A DNA stretch of 64,000 nt, taken from Vicugna vicugna. Its lineage: Eukaryota. A program made the position numbers and the translations under genes. Each line of letters starts with the position of its first letter. Within the stretch, counting starts at the first letter, position 1. The notes under the pieces were generated by a model. It saw only the letters and a program-made list of their open reading frames with translations. It had not been told where the DNA came from and made no database searches. The stretch lies in assembly GCA_013265495.1 (NCBI GenBank), contig MU058844.1, forward strand, positions 6,199,260-6,263,259, in the 5' to 3' direction. Below, piece after piece: positions 12,910 to 25,067 of this stretch.

Positions 12910-13335
12910 AAACAAATATGAGGAAAAATTATCTATCCTTCTTAGTAATCAATAAATCACAAGCAAAATTTGAGGTACCATTTAAACCTACTAAATTAAC
13001 AATTTAAAATAATTCTTATGAAGTTGCACTAAAACTACAAACTCCTATAATGAAAAGATTTTCAAAAATATGTAGCTCTTTTTATGTTTGATCTAGTTAT
13101 TGCAATCAAAAGAATGTCTATTAAGGAAATAATTTAGAAGAAGCAAAAATTTGTATTTTAAAGATATTGATTGCAGTGATATTTATATGGCACATAAGTA
13201 GAAATTAAAATTTCTAGTACTAGACAAATGACCAGTATTTTTGTTATACCAGACCAACTATATTGCTATGAAATGAGTAATTGTGAAAACTATAGACATG
13301 GAAAATATTTTACATTATACTGAAAAAAGAATAGA
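12910..13335 (+). mobile_element. Ancient L1M(E) ORF2 3' end/3'UTR fragment
   Basis: 'cttagtaatcaataaatcacaagcaaaatttgaggtaccatttaaacctactaaatt', 'gacatggaaaatattttacattatactgaaaaaag'. Confidence 0.55.
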
Positions 13336-14624
13336 AATGGCAAGATACCTTGATTAAATTCTTGTAAATTGTGTTTGCATTTGACATAGACCAAAGATCA
13401 TGCATGAATTGAAAGAGTTATAAATTGAGTACACTTTTGGATTTTGTTCCCCTAATAAACAGGTTTTTAAAAAGGAAGGGAAACTATTTGCCAAAGCAAA
13501 ATCCATTTTCTTCTTGGAGGGTGAAAATTACTTCTCTATCATATTTGTTTTGTGAGCACACATATCATCATTGTATAAAACTTTTTTATATCTACTAGAA
13601 TTGCAATAGTTGGAACAGAAGGCCAAAAATGAGTACAGTTATAAAAATGAGTCCATGGGAAAAGTACAAGACATAAAACTTACCAAAATCTTTATTTTTA
13701 TAGCATTTTAATACTCTCCAATGGGCTTATAAAAATGACAAAATTAAAAAGTAATAAATTTTTTTCACCAAGTAATAAGTAGGCTTTGACATTATACGAT
13801 GTTATCCTCTATTCAGAGAAAGGGAGATGCTGACATGAGCATGAAACTGGAGACCCCTTCCTTTTCTAAGTATGGTTCCATTAGGATCCAATGTAGCATG
13901 CGTAGAAATTCCACAAAGATTTGTTTTTTAAGAACATCACTTTAAAAACATTTTTCATTTCTATCTTTGTGGAAAATGTCTATTTTACGGTAATATTGTT
14001 GGTTACTTTCAATTAAAAATACCGTAAAATTAGATAACATGCTGATGATTTCACTTCCAAAATGAAACATAGCCTTTATTTTTAGTGTACTTACTACCCT
14101 CACTACTCTGTTTCACACATTTGGATCCCGGTGCTGTCTTCACACCACTTATCTAAGTCTGTATTAACAATCTTAAGTGTCATTTAATAGAAAGAATATA
14201 AAGTTTCAGTTCAAGCCTCTATTTCTTATTCTGTCACTGAGTCAGTGTTCCTGTTCTGATAAAGTAATGTTTGCAAATTAATGTTGCTTTTCAAACAATG
14301 GGTTTTACTTGGCTAATGGCCATGATCAACAAGGTTTCTCCACTTGTCATTTAGCCAAATTTCCAACAAAGAATATTTTAGTCATTGTGGATATAGGGTT
14401 AGCTAAATAGAATTAGACCTAAAAAAAAAAAATTAGTGTGTGGCAATACACTCTAATAATTTTATGGCTACAGTCTTCAAGTAAGTAGACCCAGTCTTAT
14501 TTACCACTTTTCTTCATTTTTCTACTTTTTTCCTCCCTGCTCTTTTCACTACCCAAGTCTTGTCTTTCAATTGTGAAAATATTTGTTCTAGCTGATAAGA
14601 AATGTTTAATCTGTGCCTTTTACC

Positions 14625-14752
14625 TGACATATAATTTATGGTCCAAACCAAGACACTTTTGAAAGTGAAAGGCAGAGTTATTAATAATTACCTGAGGACA
14701 ACTGGTCTGAACAGGACTGGCCCAGAACAGCTGTGTTACACATGATTGCCCC
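14625..14752 (+). mobile_element. MER94-like hAT-Blackjack MITE
   Basis: 'catataatttatggtccaaaccaagacacttttgaaagtgaaaggcagagttattaataattacctgaggacaactgg...caggactggccc'. Confidence 0.75.
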
Positions 14753-16023
14753 GCCTTTGTGGTTCCTTCTGGCAACGTGTACTTTGCCACATGGGCTTTA
14801 AACTCTCCAGTGCAGGTCCTGATGATGTTTCATCATCAAACAAACAAAAACATAATAACCAAGCACCCTACAAATACTTGGAAGTATTCTGAGCCTCTCA
14901 AAGTTAAGTACCTCCTTAGATATCACCCCTGCAAAAAGATGCCCAGGCTAGAATTATTACTCATATTGACTTTATTTTAACAGAAAAAAAAAAAGACACA
15001 AGTTGTGCTTCTTAGGGTTTTTAGTTAATAAGGTGATAAAAAACTTTATAATTCAGTAGGTGCTACGCTTCACCCCAAATGGTACCAAAATACCATTAGA
15101 AACTTAGTGTTGTTTTTCATCTGGTTATTCATTAAAAGAAGGTTTTATTTAGATGACCATTTTAAGAGAATTCCGTCTGAGGTATTAGCTATCACAGTCT
15201 TCTTGCTAAGCTTTACTTTATTCCATACAATCAAATGGAAGGGCTTCCTAGTGTTCTGTAACTTAATAACCTCGTCTGGATCTTTTTCCTCATTTAATTT
15301 CAGAACTTAGGAAAAGCAACAGAGGAATGGGTTTAATTATAAAAGACCAAGAGCATGAGGCCCTGAGTTGAAACTGGTAAGACTGCCTTCAGGAAGATCA
15401 ACAGTGTTCTCATGTCTAAGAGATAAGTGCTTGGCTCTCAATAACCTGGGATGAGTGTAAGTTGACATGACCCAGCCAGTCACTGCCGTTTCAGTGACTT
15501 TATGGAGTGGTTTGGCAGGAGTTTCCCAATTGTCCTGTTATAATAGTTCTACAGAAGAATCAGAAAGCTACTTTAATTTTACAAAAAGTGATGAAATAAA
15601 AGACTTGAAAAGACTGGGGAAAATGGGGATTCCAAATAAAAGTACATTCCCAGCTCCTAAGCAAAAACCTTCTAGTATTTTCTCTATATCTGTGAATCAT
15701 GGCTATACTAGTCATACGAAAGCAGTGTTCTTACAAGCTCGCTCCTATAATTATAAACATTTATTGATTCTCTCTGTTTCAGTAATTTAAATATAATTTC
15801 TTAACCTGGAATGCAAGACTTGGTACAGTAACACCCAAACCTTCCTTCTAACCTTATTTGCCACACAACTCCAACAAAACTCAATTCTCCAACACGTGCA
15901 ATAGCTGCCAACATCTCTTGCCTTTTTCCATGTTACACTTCCTCCTTTTTGCTTATAGATCACTTATATGTCCTAAGATGTCTTCAAAATCATTTAGTTA
16001 TTTCTTTAAAGATACCTTTCCCC

Positions 16024-16402
16024 ATAACAGGCCCCAAATACTAAGTCCCACATCATCAAACCAAGGCAAGACTTAATTACAGTTTCAACTCTTCCGGAAG
16101 AGGAATCTTACACCAGTCAATCAGGAATCTCTCAGCTAGAACTAGTGAGGTAATCTGTGTAATAGACAGACCCCTGCCACTCCTAAAGGAAAGTAACCTT
16201 ATGTAACTTTATGGTAACCAACCTGCCTTTTTGTCCAGCATAACTTCCTTATTCCTGCTCCCTTCTGCCTGTAAAAGTCTGATTTTGTATAGCTTCTCTT
16301 AGCTCTTTTCTATCTACTAGATTGGATGCTGCTCAATTCAAATTGATTTCTGCTCAAATAAACTCTTAAAACTTTTACTGTGCCTCAGTTTATCCTGTAA
16401 CA
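16024..16402 (+). mobile_element. ERV1-class LTR (5' boundary uncertain)
   Basis: 'ccagtcaatcaggaatc...actagtgaggtaatctg', TATA-like 'cctgtaaaagtc', AATAAA at about 16357, 3' end 'tgcctcagtttatcctgtaaca'. Confidence 0.7.
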
Positions 16403-16789
16403 TCCTAAAGGGAATAGATAGCTTCCTGGTTTGAACATATGCTCTGCTTATTGCTAACTCCTTGCAGTCCACTTTGATTTGTAACTAACTATGCTTTTAT
16501 TTTAGAAACATATTCTTGAAGCAAGCTCTGTGCCTTATCCTAAGCCCATGCTGAACATAATTTTTAGAAATTGTTTTGTTTTTTTAATTAAATAACATAA
16601 GTTTTCATTTAACTTAGAAATGATTAGAAATATGGACATTTGATACTCAAGGTAGATTAAAACTTTGACTTAGTATGCTCATATTTTACTCAATATGTTT
16701 GCTTATTAATAATAAAATGTTCTCATGATTTTTTTGTTGTGATTAAACACAGCTTTAAAATCTAGCATTCTATGGCAGAAGCTGTCAAG

Positions 16790-16985
16790 TGACTATTTAA
16801 AACCTGTGATTTGACAAGTGCTGCTCTACACAATGATGATACAGCGTGAAACAAGGCAGAAGTTCCTTTGTTCACAGATGCTACATTCCAGTGAGGAAGA
16901 CAGACAATAATCCAATCATCAAACAACATAGTTTCAGAGTACAATAAGTGCTATAAAGGATACAAAGCAGAAATGAGAAAAATAG
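16790..16985 (-). mobile_element. L2 3' end (antisense)
   Basis: 'gatacagcgtgaaacaaggcagaagttcctttgttcacagatgctacattccagtgagg...ataagtgctataaagga'. Confidence 0.65.
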
Positions 16986-17609
16986 ATACTAAGAAATGAA
17001 TTGAAAGAACAAAAATATATACCTACTGTTTTAAATGTGTTTACATGTTTCAGAATAATTACGATATGCTGATTGAGAGAGAAATTCATTTTCCCCTAAT
17101 ACCCAGGTGATACACAGCTGAAAAGACAGCTGTGCTTACATTTTGATGAAAATTAACTAGCCAGGTTGGAACTGCAGGTAGTGCCAGTTAGTGTGCTATT
17201 AAGTTGGGAGATTGCAGAATTTTTAAAAATATGTATCTCCATGCAATTAGGGAATATGAGTTTGGAGTTTGGAGTACACAGTGAAACATCCGATTAAAGG
17301 TCATTCATGTAAATCTAGAAACCCACACAACTCATTACATTTCATGGATCATTAGTGAAAAACCGGCAATACGTTGTAAGCTTTCTAATGCAGAGGGACA
17401 AAACTTATGGAGGAGGAGATGATTCAAAAGATCATTAGTGAAACCTCCAAGCTGAGTCAACTCCAGTTCTTTGGGGAACAAATTATTACAAGACAACTGT
17501 TTGGAAGTAATATAGCGAAGTGTTCCTGATTAGGTAGCTAATAAACCACAATTTATATTCTGAAACCAACTGTAAAACTGGCTTCTGCTTTGTTTAAAGA
17601 TGCTCATTT

Positions 17610-17696
17610 TACATATGTGTGTGTGTATATAGATACACATATGTATACATATATATATGTATACATATATATATATACACACACACATACGTATAT
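17610..17696. repeat. Compound (TG)/(TA)/(CA) alternating purine-pyrimidine microsatellite
   Basis: Read directly from the sequence. Confidence 0.9.
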
Positions 17697-18643
17697 AAAA
17701 AGTATAGAGGTTATAAACAATGGTTTTTCCTTTTAGTAAATTCAAAGATTTTATGTGTAAAGCAACAATAATAGTGATTTGCCCCTAAATCTTTAAGGCT
17801 TTACATTTATAGGTGAGAGTTGAAATGTCACTCAGCAAAATCAGTGAAGGTGGTTGAAGCTGATTTCCAATACAGTAACTTTCACTGCAAGGTTAGTGTA
17901 TTTTCACAGGAAACATTGGTTTTAAATCAATTATAAAATGTGTAAACTAATTTTTATTTGAATCCATTTTCAAAGGAAAATGCAAAAAAAAAATTAAATT
18001 CAGGGCCACTGTGTTCATGTGTTATTTTATCAAAACATGTAACTTTCTTCCACGAATAAACACTGAAAATACTTAGCACAATGAGAGAGACACAAACCTG
18101 CTTTAGACAGCTATGTACACAGTTCTAATTATTGTTTATTATTTTTCTAAATATATTAACAGAGATATTCATATATATTACATATACTCTTCAAACTCTT
18201 TTCACCTCTTGCCTACCATTGCCTTCCAAAAATAGTTGACAGAAGTAACTTTCTTAGCTGAATAATCAATTGTTTTTTACACAGATACTCACTTATTGCC
18301 TATGTATGTGCCTGCCAGTGTAGAAAGAACTAGACATCTTCATGTACGTTTCCACCCATCAAGCATTCATTCCACCCAGAAATGCAGTTCTACAAACTGT
18401 CTTCTCATGATAGGCCTGTTACCTTTCCTGTCCTTGTGTGTGCGTTTTCCCAGGTGTCTTCCAAACGATTTCGGCATTCTTTACACAACTAATTGTGCTT
18501 AATTTTGGCCTCACCCCACACAGACTAACTGATTTGTTCCTTATTTAACAGAGGCTTCTCGTGTCCCCAGTTACATTATAAACCCACAGAGGACCGATGT
18601 CTCACTGTTTTATGGCTCCAACAGTGATACGGAGCAACACCAG

Positions 18644-19090
18644 TGTGGCTGGCTGACTAATGGCTCCAAGATACGCCGAGCTCAAACTCCAGGATCAGTG
18701 TTACCTGATACAGCAAAAAGGACTTGCAGATATTACTAAGGATCTTGAGACGGGGAGATGAGCCTGGACTACCTGGGCAGACCCTGCGTGTAGTCATAGG
18801 GTCTCAAAAAATGTAGGTAGAGATGTGATTACCATAGAGAATAAGGAAATGTGACCACAGAAGCAGAGAACAGAGTGATGAGCTCAGGAGCCCAGGAGGG
18901 CTGGAGCAGCCACGAGGGGGGGAGGCAAGGAACACACTCTCCCGGAGCCTCCAGAAGGAACCCGTCTTGCTGACTCCTTCATTTTATCCCACTTGTCTCA
19001 TTTTGAACTTCTAACCTCCAGAAACACAGAGATATGAATCTGTGCTGTTTTGAGCCTCTAAATTTGTGTTGCAATGTCAACAGCGAGCTA
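18644..19090 (+). mobile_element. MaLR LTR (MLT1C/D-like)
   Basis: 'gttacctgatacagcaaaaaggacttgcagat...aaggatcttgagacggggagat', 'ggcaaggaacacactctcccggagcctccagaaggaac', 'ctgttttgagcctctaaatttgtg'. Confidence 0.85.
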
Positions 19091-19851
19091 CTATATATAT
19101 ACTCAGATATAACTAAGTATATAGTAGTATCTAATAACCATTTAATTACCTTTTGGACTTCAAGCCAGGGTAGGGACTTTGGGCAAGATCTCGTCTACCA
19201 TTCTGCAAACACCAGTAGATTCTTTCTCATCACCTGCTGAACTTGAAATAAAAGTAGTATACTCTACTTAGTTAAAATGCAATATAATTTATGTTAGAAC
19301 GGAAATTTTTTCTTGAATCATTTCCCCATTTCTGTATTGACTGATGGTATTTAGACGGACAATAGACTCAGTTTACAATGTGTTTATTACTAAAAAACAA
19401 TGTTTAAAATTATATACATGGAAAAGGGGAGGCAATAGACTATATTTTGCTAGTCTTGCAGTTTATTCTTCAATCTCTATTACTTTATTTTCTTTCCATT
19501 CTTACGGTGTCGCCCAGATTAGCATAGGACCTTTCTATTATAAAAAATAATTTTCTTGGAATGATGGTGTTTTAATTAATATTTCAGAAAGCATATACTT
19601 TGTCTTTTCTAAAAATGGGAATGATTTATGTATGAGCAAATGTTTGATGAGAACATAGAAGATAAATGATCCCATCTGAACAACAGCTTTTTTTGAGACA
19701 TGTACATCCCTGATGTCACTTTATTATCTGGATGGCCACATAGAGCCAGAAAACGTACCATGTGTGGCAGGCCTCACTGCACTGACAACCAAAGGCCTCA
19801 CTGCATGATGTTTATAAAAACTGAAGGTTTTGATATATTTTATTCAAACTC

Positions 19852-20247
19852 TGTTATGAGATCAACTGTGTCTGCTCAAAACTCGTATGTTGAAGCCTTA
19901 ACCTCCAGGACCTAAGACTGACTGTATTTGGAGACAGGACCTTTAAAAAGCTAAAGTTAAAATGAGGACTTTACAATGGGCCCTAATATGATCTGAATGG
20001 TGTCTTTTTAAGAAGAGGAGATTAGGACACAGAGAGAGACACCAAGGGGGCACACACACAGAGGGAAGACAGTGCCAAGACAGCAGGTGGGTGGCCAGCC
20101 ATGTGCAAATCAAGGAGAGGGGCATCAGGAAACCAGTCCTGCTGGCACCCTGATCGTGGACTTCTAGGCTCCAGCACTGTGAACAAATAAACTTCTGTTG
20201 TTCCAGTCTATGGTAATTTGTTATGGGAACCCTAGCAAACGAATACA
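19852..20247 (+). mobile_element. MaLR LTR (MLT1A/B-like)
   Basis: Starts 'tgttatg', has 'aactcgtatgttgaagccttaacc...gactgtatttggagacaggaccttt', ends 'ccctagcaaacgaataca'. Confidence 0.9.
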
Positions 20248-20366
20248 GAATCATAAGATACTTTATGTGTTATTCCAGCAATGATAAATTTCACTAATAT
20301 ACATGTCGTCTTTTCTTAAATCTCTAGGTGTTCACAGTTCATCTAGTCAGAATGTCAGCAGATTTT

Positions 20367-20593
20367 TTTTAAATTGAAGTAGAGTTGGTTTACAATGTTA
20401 TGTTAATTTCTGGTGTACAGCATATTAATTTAGGTACATATATATATTCCTTTTAATATTCTCTTTTCATCATAGGCTACAAGGTATTGAATATAGTTCC
20501 CTGCTCTCTACAGTAGGACACTGTTGTTTCTCTATTTTATATATAGTAGTTAGTATCTGTAAGTCCCGAAATCCCAATTTCTCCTTCCACCCC
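20367..20593 (-). mobile_element. Short L1 3'UTR (antisense) with TSD
   Basis: 'aaattgaagtagagttggtttacaatgttatgttaatttctggtgtacagcat...gaatatagttccctgc'; flanked by cagatttt at 20359-20366 and 20594-20601. Confidence 0.9.
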
Positions 20594-20759
20594 CAGATTT
20601 TCTTGTTAATATGTATTAAAAGTGCTGCTAGTATTTCAGACAGCTATGTGTACACATACACAAACATACACAAATTTGGAGAAATATTAGTCCTCTCTAG
20701 CCAGGTCTAAAACATTAGCCCATTCTACCAGGTGACGACTTATGCCGACAAGTACATCT

Positions 20760-21247
20760 TGGAATCCTCCCTCTCGCAGGGTCATCCCTGCCACTGTGCC
20801 CCAGCCTGTGGGCACCCGTACTGGGCTGCCACAGGCCAAGTGACTAAGTGAAGACACAGCCCCACCCCCCGCAGACTGGCTGCCTTAAGACCTGCTGAGC
20901 CCACAGCCACCATGGACACGACCAGCCCACCAGGGGGCCCAGGACCTGGCGCCACACACCACTGTGCAGTCACTAGACCCAGGGATGCCCAAGGACCTGC
21001 AGCCAGAGACCCCAGGACCCAGCTCCACATAACAGTAGACTGGCATCAGCCCCAGAATCCCCTGGGCTCTTGCCTGTTCTAGTCTTGGGGTTAGCCCACC
21101 CCAGCAGCAGACCAGCACCAGTCCTGGGACCAGCTGAGCCTCCACCCTGCCCACTATCAAATCAACACAAGCTTAGGGATGACCTGAACTCCACAGCCAG
21201 CTGTATCAGAAACTGGCCCTACCCACCAGTGACCTCACACCTGCTCA
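20760..21247 (+). mobile_element. L1 5'UTR-like fragment (cetartiodactyl type)
   Basis: C-rich island with recurring degenerate units 'cccaccag', 'ccagagaccccaggacccagctccac', 'cagcccc...ctggg', typical of L1 5'UTR repeat arrays; no ORF1 follows. Confidence 0.6.
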
Positions 21248-21384
21248 ATAAGCACCAAACTACTTAAAACTGCTTACAGCCTAAGATAGTGGCCATTTTA
21301 GTAGATTGCATGTGGCTGATTTCATGGTCCACATTCTCAATCTCTGTTCATCTTTAAGACCAGCATCCAAGATAGGTAACTAGT

Positions 21385-21575
21385 TTTATAGCCTTGGCCA
21401 AATTGCTTTATCTAGCGCTGCCTCGGTTTCCTCACCTGTAAACATTACCTCGTTTGCAGTGAGAGACACTAGCTCACAGGAGGTGGTGAGGGTGTGAGGA
21501 ACTAGTGTTTGTGAAACATTTAGAACAGCATCTGGCACAGCATAAGCACTGCATTAATGTGAGCTTCCATAATGT
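21385..21575 (+). mobile_element. MIR
   Basis: 'gccttggccaaattgcttta...tgcctcggtttcctcacctgtaaa...ttagaacagcatctggcacagcataagcact'. Confidence 0.8.
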
Positions 21576-21611
21576 TTAATACTCCGGGCAAGAACATGGG
21601 CTAAAGCACTA

Positions 21612-22290
21612 ATGCATTAACAAGCATTTTGATCATCTGTTAGATGGCAGGCACCATATCAGATGCTGTGAAGGAAACAGTGCCAGATACAGTCTGTGTC
21701 TTTAAAAAGCTCAGCCTAGAATGGATTAGCGCGACGAGTAACAAACAAACGTCCATGTCATGTGAGCAGTGCTCAGGGGAATATGTACAATGGGAATAAT
21801 AATAACAACTATTTCTAAGACTGCAATGAAGCTTCTAGGTGATGATTCCTAAAAATATGTCAGGACAGTGTTTGGCATGCAGTAATGACTTAATGAAAGT
21901 TAGCGCTTATCCTGGGGTTACCATTTTCCTTTTGTTTGTTTCATTCCATGCTTGTTTTTCCACTAGAGCATGAGTTCTTCTGGGGGGACCTCATCCTTAA
22001 TCAACATTTTTTGGAAAATATATGCCTGATACTCTACTAAGTGCTAACGATATAAACATTAAAAACAGTGGTTCTTGCTCTGGAGAGAAAGACAGATTTG
22101 CATACTTTTAGATTACAACAGAATGTGGTAAACACAAATGCAGTGACAAAAGCAATAAACTGTGGAAATTTAGAGGATGGGGCAACATTCCCTGGGGAAA
22201 CTAGAGCTTTCAAAGGCTGTATTACCTCATCTGGCTCTTAAAATGAAGGTAAGACTTTTCCAGCTAACAAGTAGACGGAATGAACTAGGT
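21612..22290. mobile_element. Cluster of degraded L2 (antisense) and MIR fragments
   Basis: 'cattaacaagcatttt...gcaggcaccatatcagatgctg', 'ggacagtgtttggcatgcagtaatgacttaatgaaagttagc', 'tcaacattttttggaaaatatatgcctgatactctactaagtgct'. Confidence 0.55.
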
Positions 22291-23473
22291 AATGAAAAGA
22301 TCTGATCAGTTTAGAAGTTGTAGGGAAGACTCATGAAGGCAATGGAGAAGAAAAAGGGGGGCAGAATCGACACTGCAGGGCAGACATGGGGGTAATTAGG
22401 GCACCAGCTTCTGCAGTAACTTGTACTTAAAAGTAAAAATTTAGATTGTGTACAGAGAGCAGTACGGAACATTGGCTCAATGTCCTTGAATTTGCATCTT
22501 GGAATTCCCTTCGTGCTTAAGTTTCTGTGGATTGTGAACTTCAAAGAGTAAGCTTTGCTTTAAGGAAGAGAACTTTCACTGAAAGATCATAGGTTGGTGG
22601 GTCACTAGGTTTGTACCTGGACCTGACGTTATCTCCCGCATCGTGCTTAAGAAACGCTACGTGCTGTAGAAACAATTGTGGAATTAAATCGAAAGCATGG
22701 GCTTGGCCCAAAACTGCTTCTTAGTGAAATCACAATAAAAATTATATTTGCTGAAACAATCCTGACCCACATATACTTAATTAAGCCCGTATTCTAACAT
22801 GAGAGGCTTCTTATCCACAACTTGATGGTTCTAATTAGGAAGGTGACTCTCAAACCATTTACTGTCTTGAGAAGAACTGAGATGGAATCTTGAAAAGATG
22901 GAAGCAGATTTCACCCCACGACAGATGAGCATTTCCCATCATAAATTGTCCTTGTCTAAAGTATTAGGGGTGAAAATATTTTACTCCATTTCTGTTTATT
23001 TTTATGCCATACAAGAGGGCATAATTGTTTAACCTGCTCGAGTCAGGATATGTTGCAGTAAGTTTCTATTCGTATTCTGAAAGCTGATTGTCCAGTTGCT
23101 TAATTGGTTATCAAATTAGAAAATGGGAATCTAGAAAACTAAGAATCTAAATTTGAAAAAATGGATTTCTTCTCTTTATCATAACTAGCTTAAGAGTCCT
23201 TCCTAAAATATTTTCTTAAGTATCTATTAAATGAACCTATAGTCTAGACTTACATGATCACACTGTATTTGTAATCTATTATTTGGCCAATGTGGTCTGA
23301 ATTTTGTAATGGGTATGTCTTGGTATATAGTAATTAAATTATAATTAAGTCAATTTAGATGAAATCTCCTAGTGTTTACACTTAATTTGAAGGCAATAAT
23401 AGTGTTAATCACAGTACATGTTAAGCACACCAAATTGCCTGATGAAGTGTCTTTATTAACAAATGAACATTGA

Positions 23474-23865
23474 GGAATACTACTCAGCCATAAAAAGGAA
23501 TGAAATAATGCCATTTGCAGCAACATGGATGGACCTAGAGATTATCATATTAACTGAAGTAAGTCAGACAGAGAAAGACAAATATCAGATACTATCACTT
23601 GTATGTGGAATCTTTAAAAATGATGCAAACTTATTTACAAAACAGAAAAAGGCTCTTGGACGTAGAAAACAAACTTATGGTTACCAGTGGGGAAGAGGGG
23701 AGGGAGGAGGAGTTTGGGATTGGCAGATACATATTATTATGTAGAGGATAGATAAACAGCAGGGTCCTACTGTATAGGTGTTATATATACATAAAACTGT
23801 ATTCAATGGCTTGTAGTAGCCTGTAATGAAAAAGATATGAAAAAGAATACAAATGTTAAAAAATG
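23474..23865 (+). mobile_element. L1 ORF2 end plus 3'UTR, 5'-truncated
   Basis: Frame gives EYYSAIKRNEIMPFAATWMDLEIIILTEVSQTEKDKY (L1 ORF2p C-terminus) followed by a G-rich 3'UTR. Confidence 0.95.
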
Positions 23866-25049
23866 ACTCCAGACTGATCAACTTCATGTAGAGTATGAAT
23901 AAATTATAAATATCTGGTGATAAGTTAGAAAAATGTTTTTAAATAAGTGAACATTGAAAACTATAACTTAGTAAAATTCAATCTTAGCAAAATATGTAAA
24001 TCAAGTCATGATCTCTCCAAATGAAGGCCACTATTTTGCACTATACATAAGGGATTTTTTTCCCCCTAAAAAGTTACGTGCTTCCGGTACCATGGTATAT
24101 TTCTTCTACTTTCTATGACCTAAATTACAATAAACTAAACTCCAGTTTCCTATGCCCTGAGCTCATTTGCCCATGAGTGAGGTGGGCAAGTAAAAAGCAA
24201 AGATCTGTTTCCTAGCATCCTCCATTTCATTAGCTGATGTTAAGTAGAGGGTCTCTCAGTGTCTGTTTTCAAAATCGAAGGTTTTTCGTCTTTTATCCAC
24301 TGTCCATACAGTCCAGTGGTGTTTTTTTGCATACACTCTTATTCAACTAGGGCATTTTTATCATTGCCATGGAGATGTCCCTCCATGCCCTCTCAGCCAC
24401 CACAATTTAAATGTATTCTTGATGATAGTTATTACATATCTATGTGTTTACACCGTTCATCGTTTTTTAAAATGCATTAGCATTTAGGAATGGAAATCCC
24501 CTAATAACAAAAGATGCTTTTCATCAATTTTATTCTCTGGCTTTCTAATGCAGTCTGGGTCCGATCATGTCCATTTAGAACTAGAGACTTCATTATGTAT
24601 AATTTTCACCAACCTGGAATAAAATGAAATAACGGCAGCTATTGTCTCTTTCTTTTCCTCTGTTTGGCAAAAAAAAAAAGAAAAAAAAAGCTATTTCGTA
24701 CTGTGACTTATTGCTCATGTCATGAAGTGGCCGGTTCTCTAAACTCAACACTATACAAGAGAATAAACTATAAAAAGAATCATTTTTTTAAGCTCTAAGA
24801 AAAAAAATAAAATTTGATCCTTTGTCATGTTCTCTAAATGATAATAGACTCATGTCCAATAACTTGTCTCCTCAGGGCTACTTTCAAGAGAAAAAAAAGT
24901 AGGGGAAAAAAACATGTTTCCCTGGGCTTATGGGCTTAAAGCACTTTATAAAATTTATGCTCAGATAGTCCCTTGATAACCACACTAAACTGTACAGCAG
25001 TTTTCTAGTCATTTGTATTTTAGTTCATACAAGTAAGAAGTGGAAGAGG

Positions 25050-25067
25050 TTTTTTTTTTTTTTTTTT
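25050..25067. repeat. T18 homopolymer
   Basis: Read directly. Confidence 0.9.

Noticed and set aside
16089..16102. 14-bp palindrome CTCTTCCGGAAGAG with back-to-back ETS cores
   Set aside because: Palindromes of this size are expected several times by chance in 64 kb; it lies within an LTR
19769..19805. 13-bp direct repeat aggcctcactgca with an 11-bp spacer
   Set aside because: Only two copies, consistent with an ordinary local micro-duplication; not an array or CRISPR-like structure
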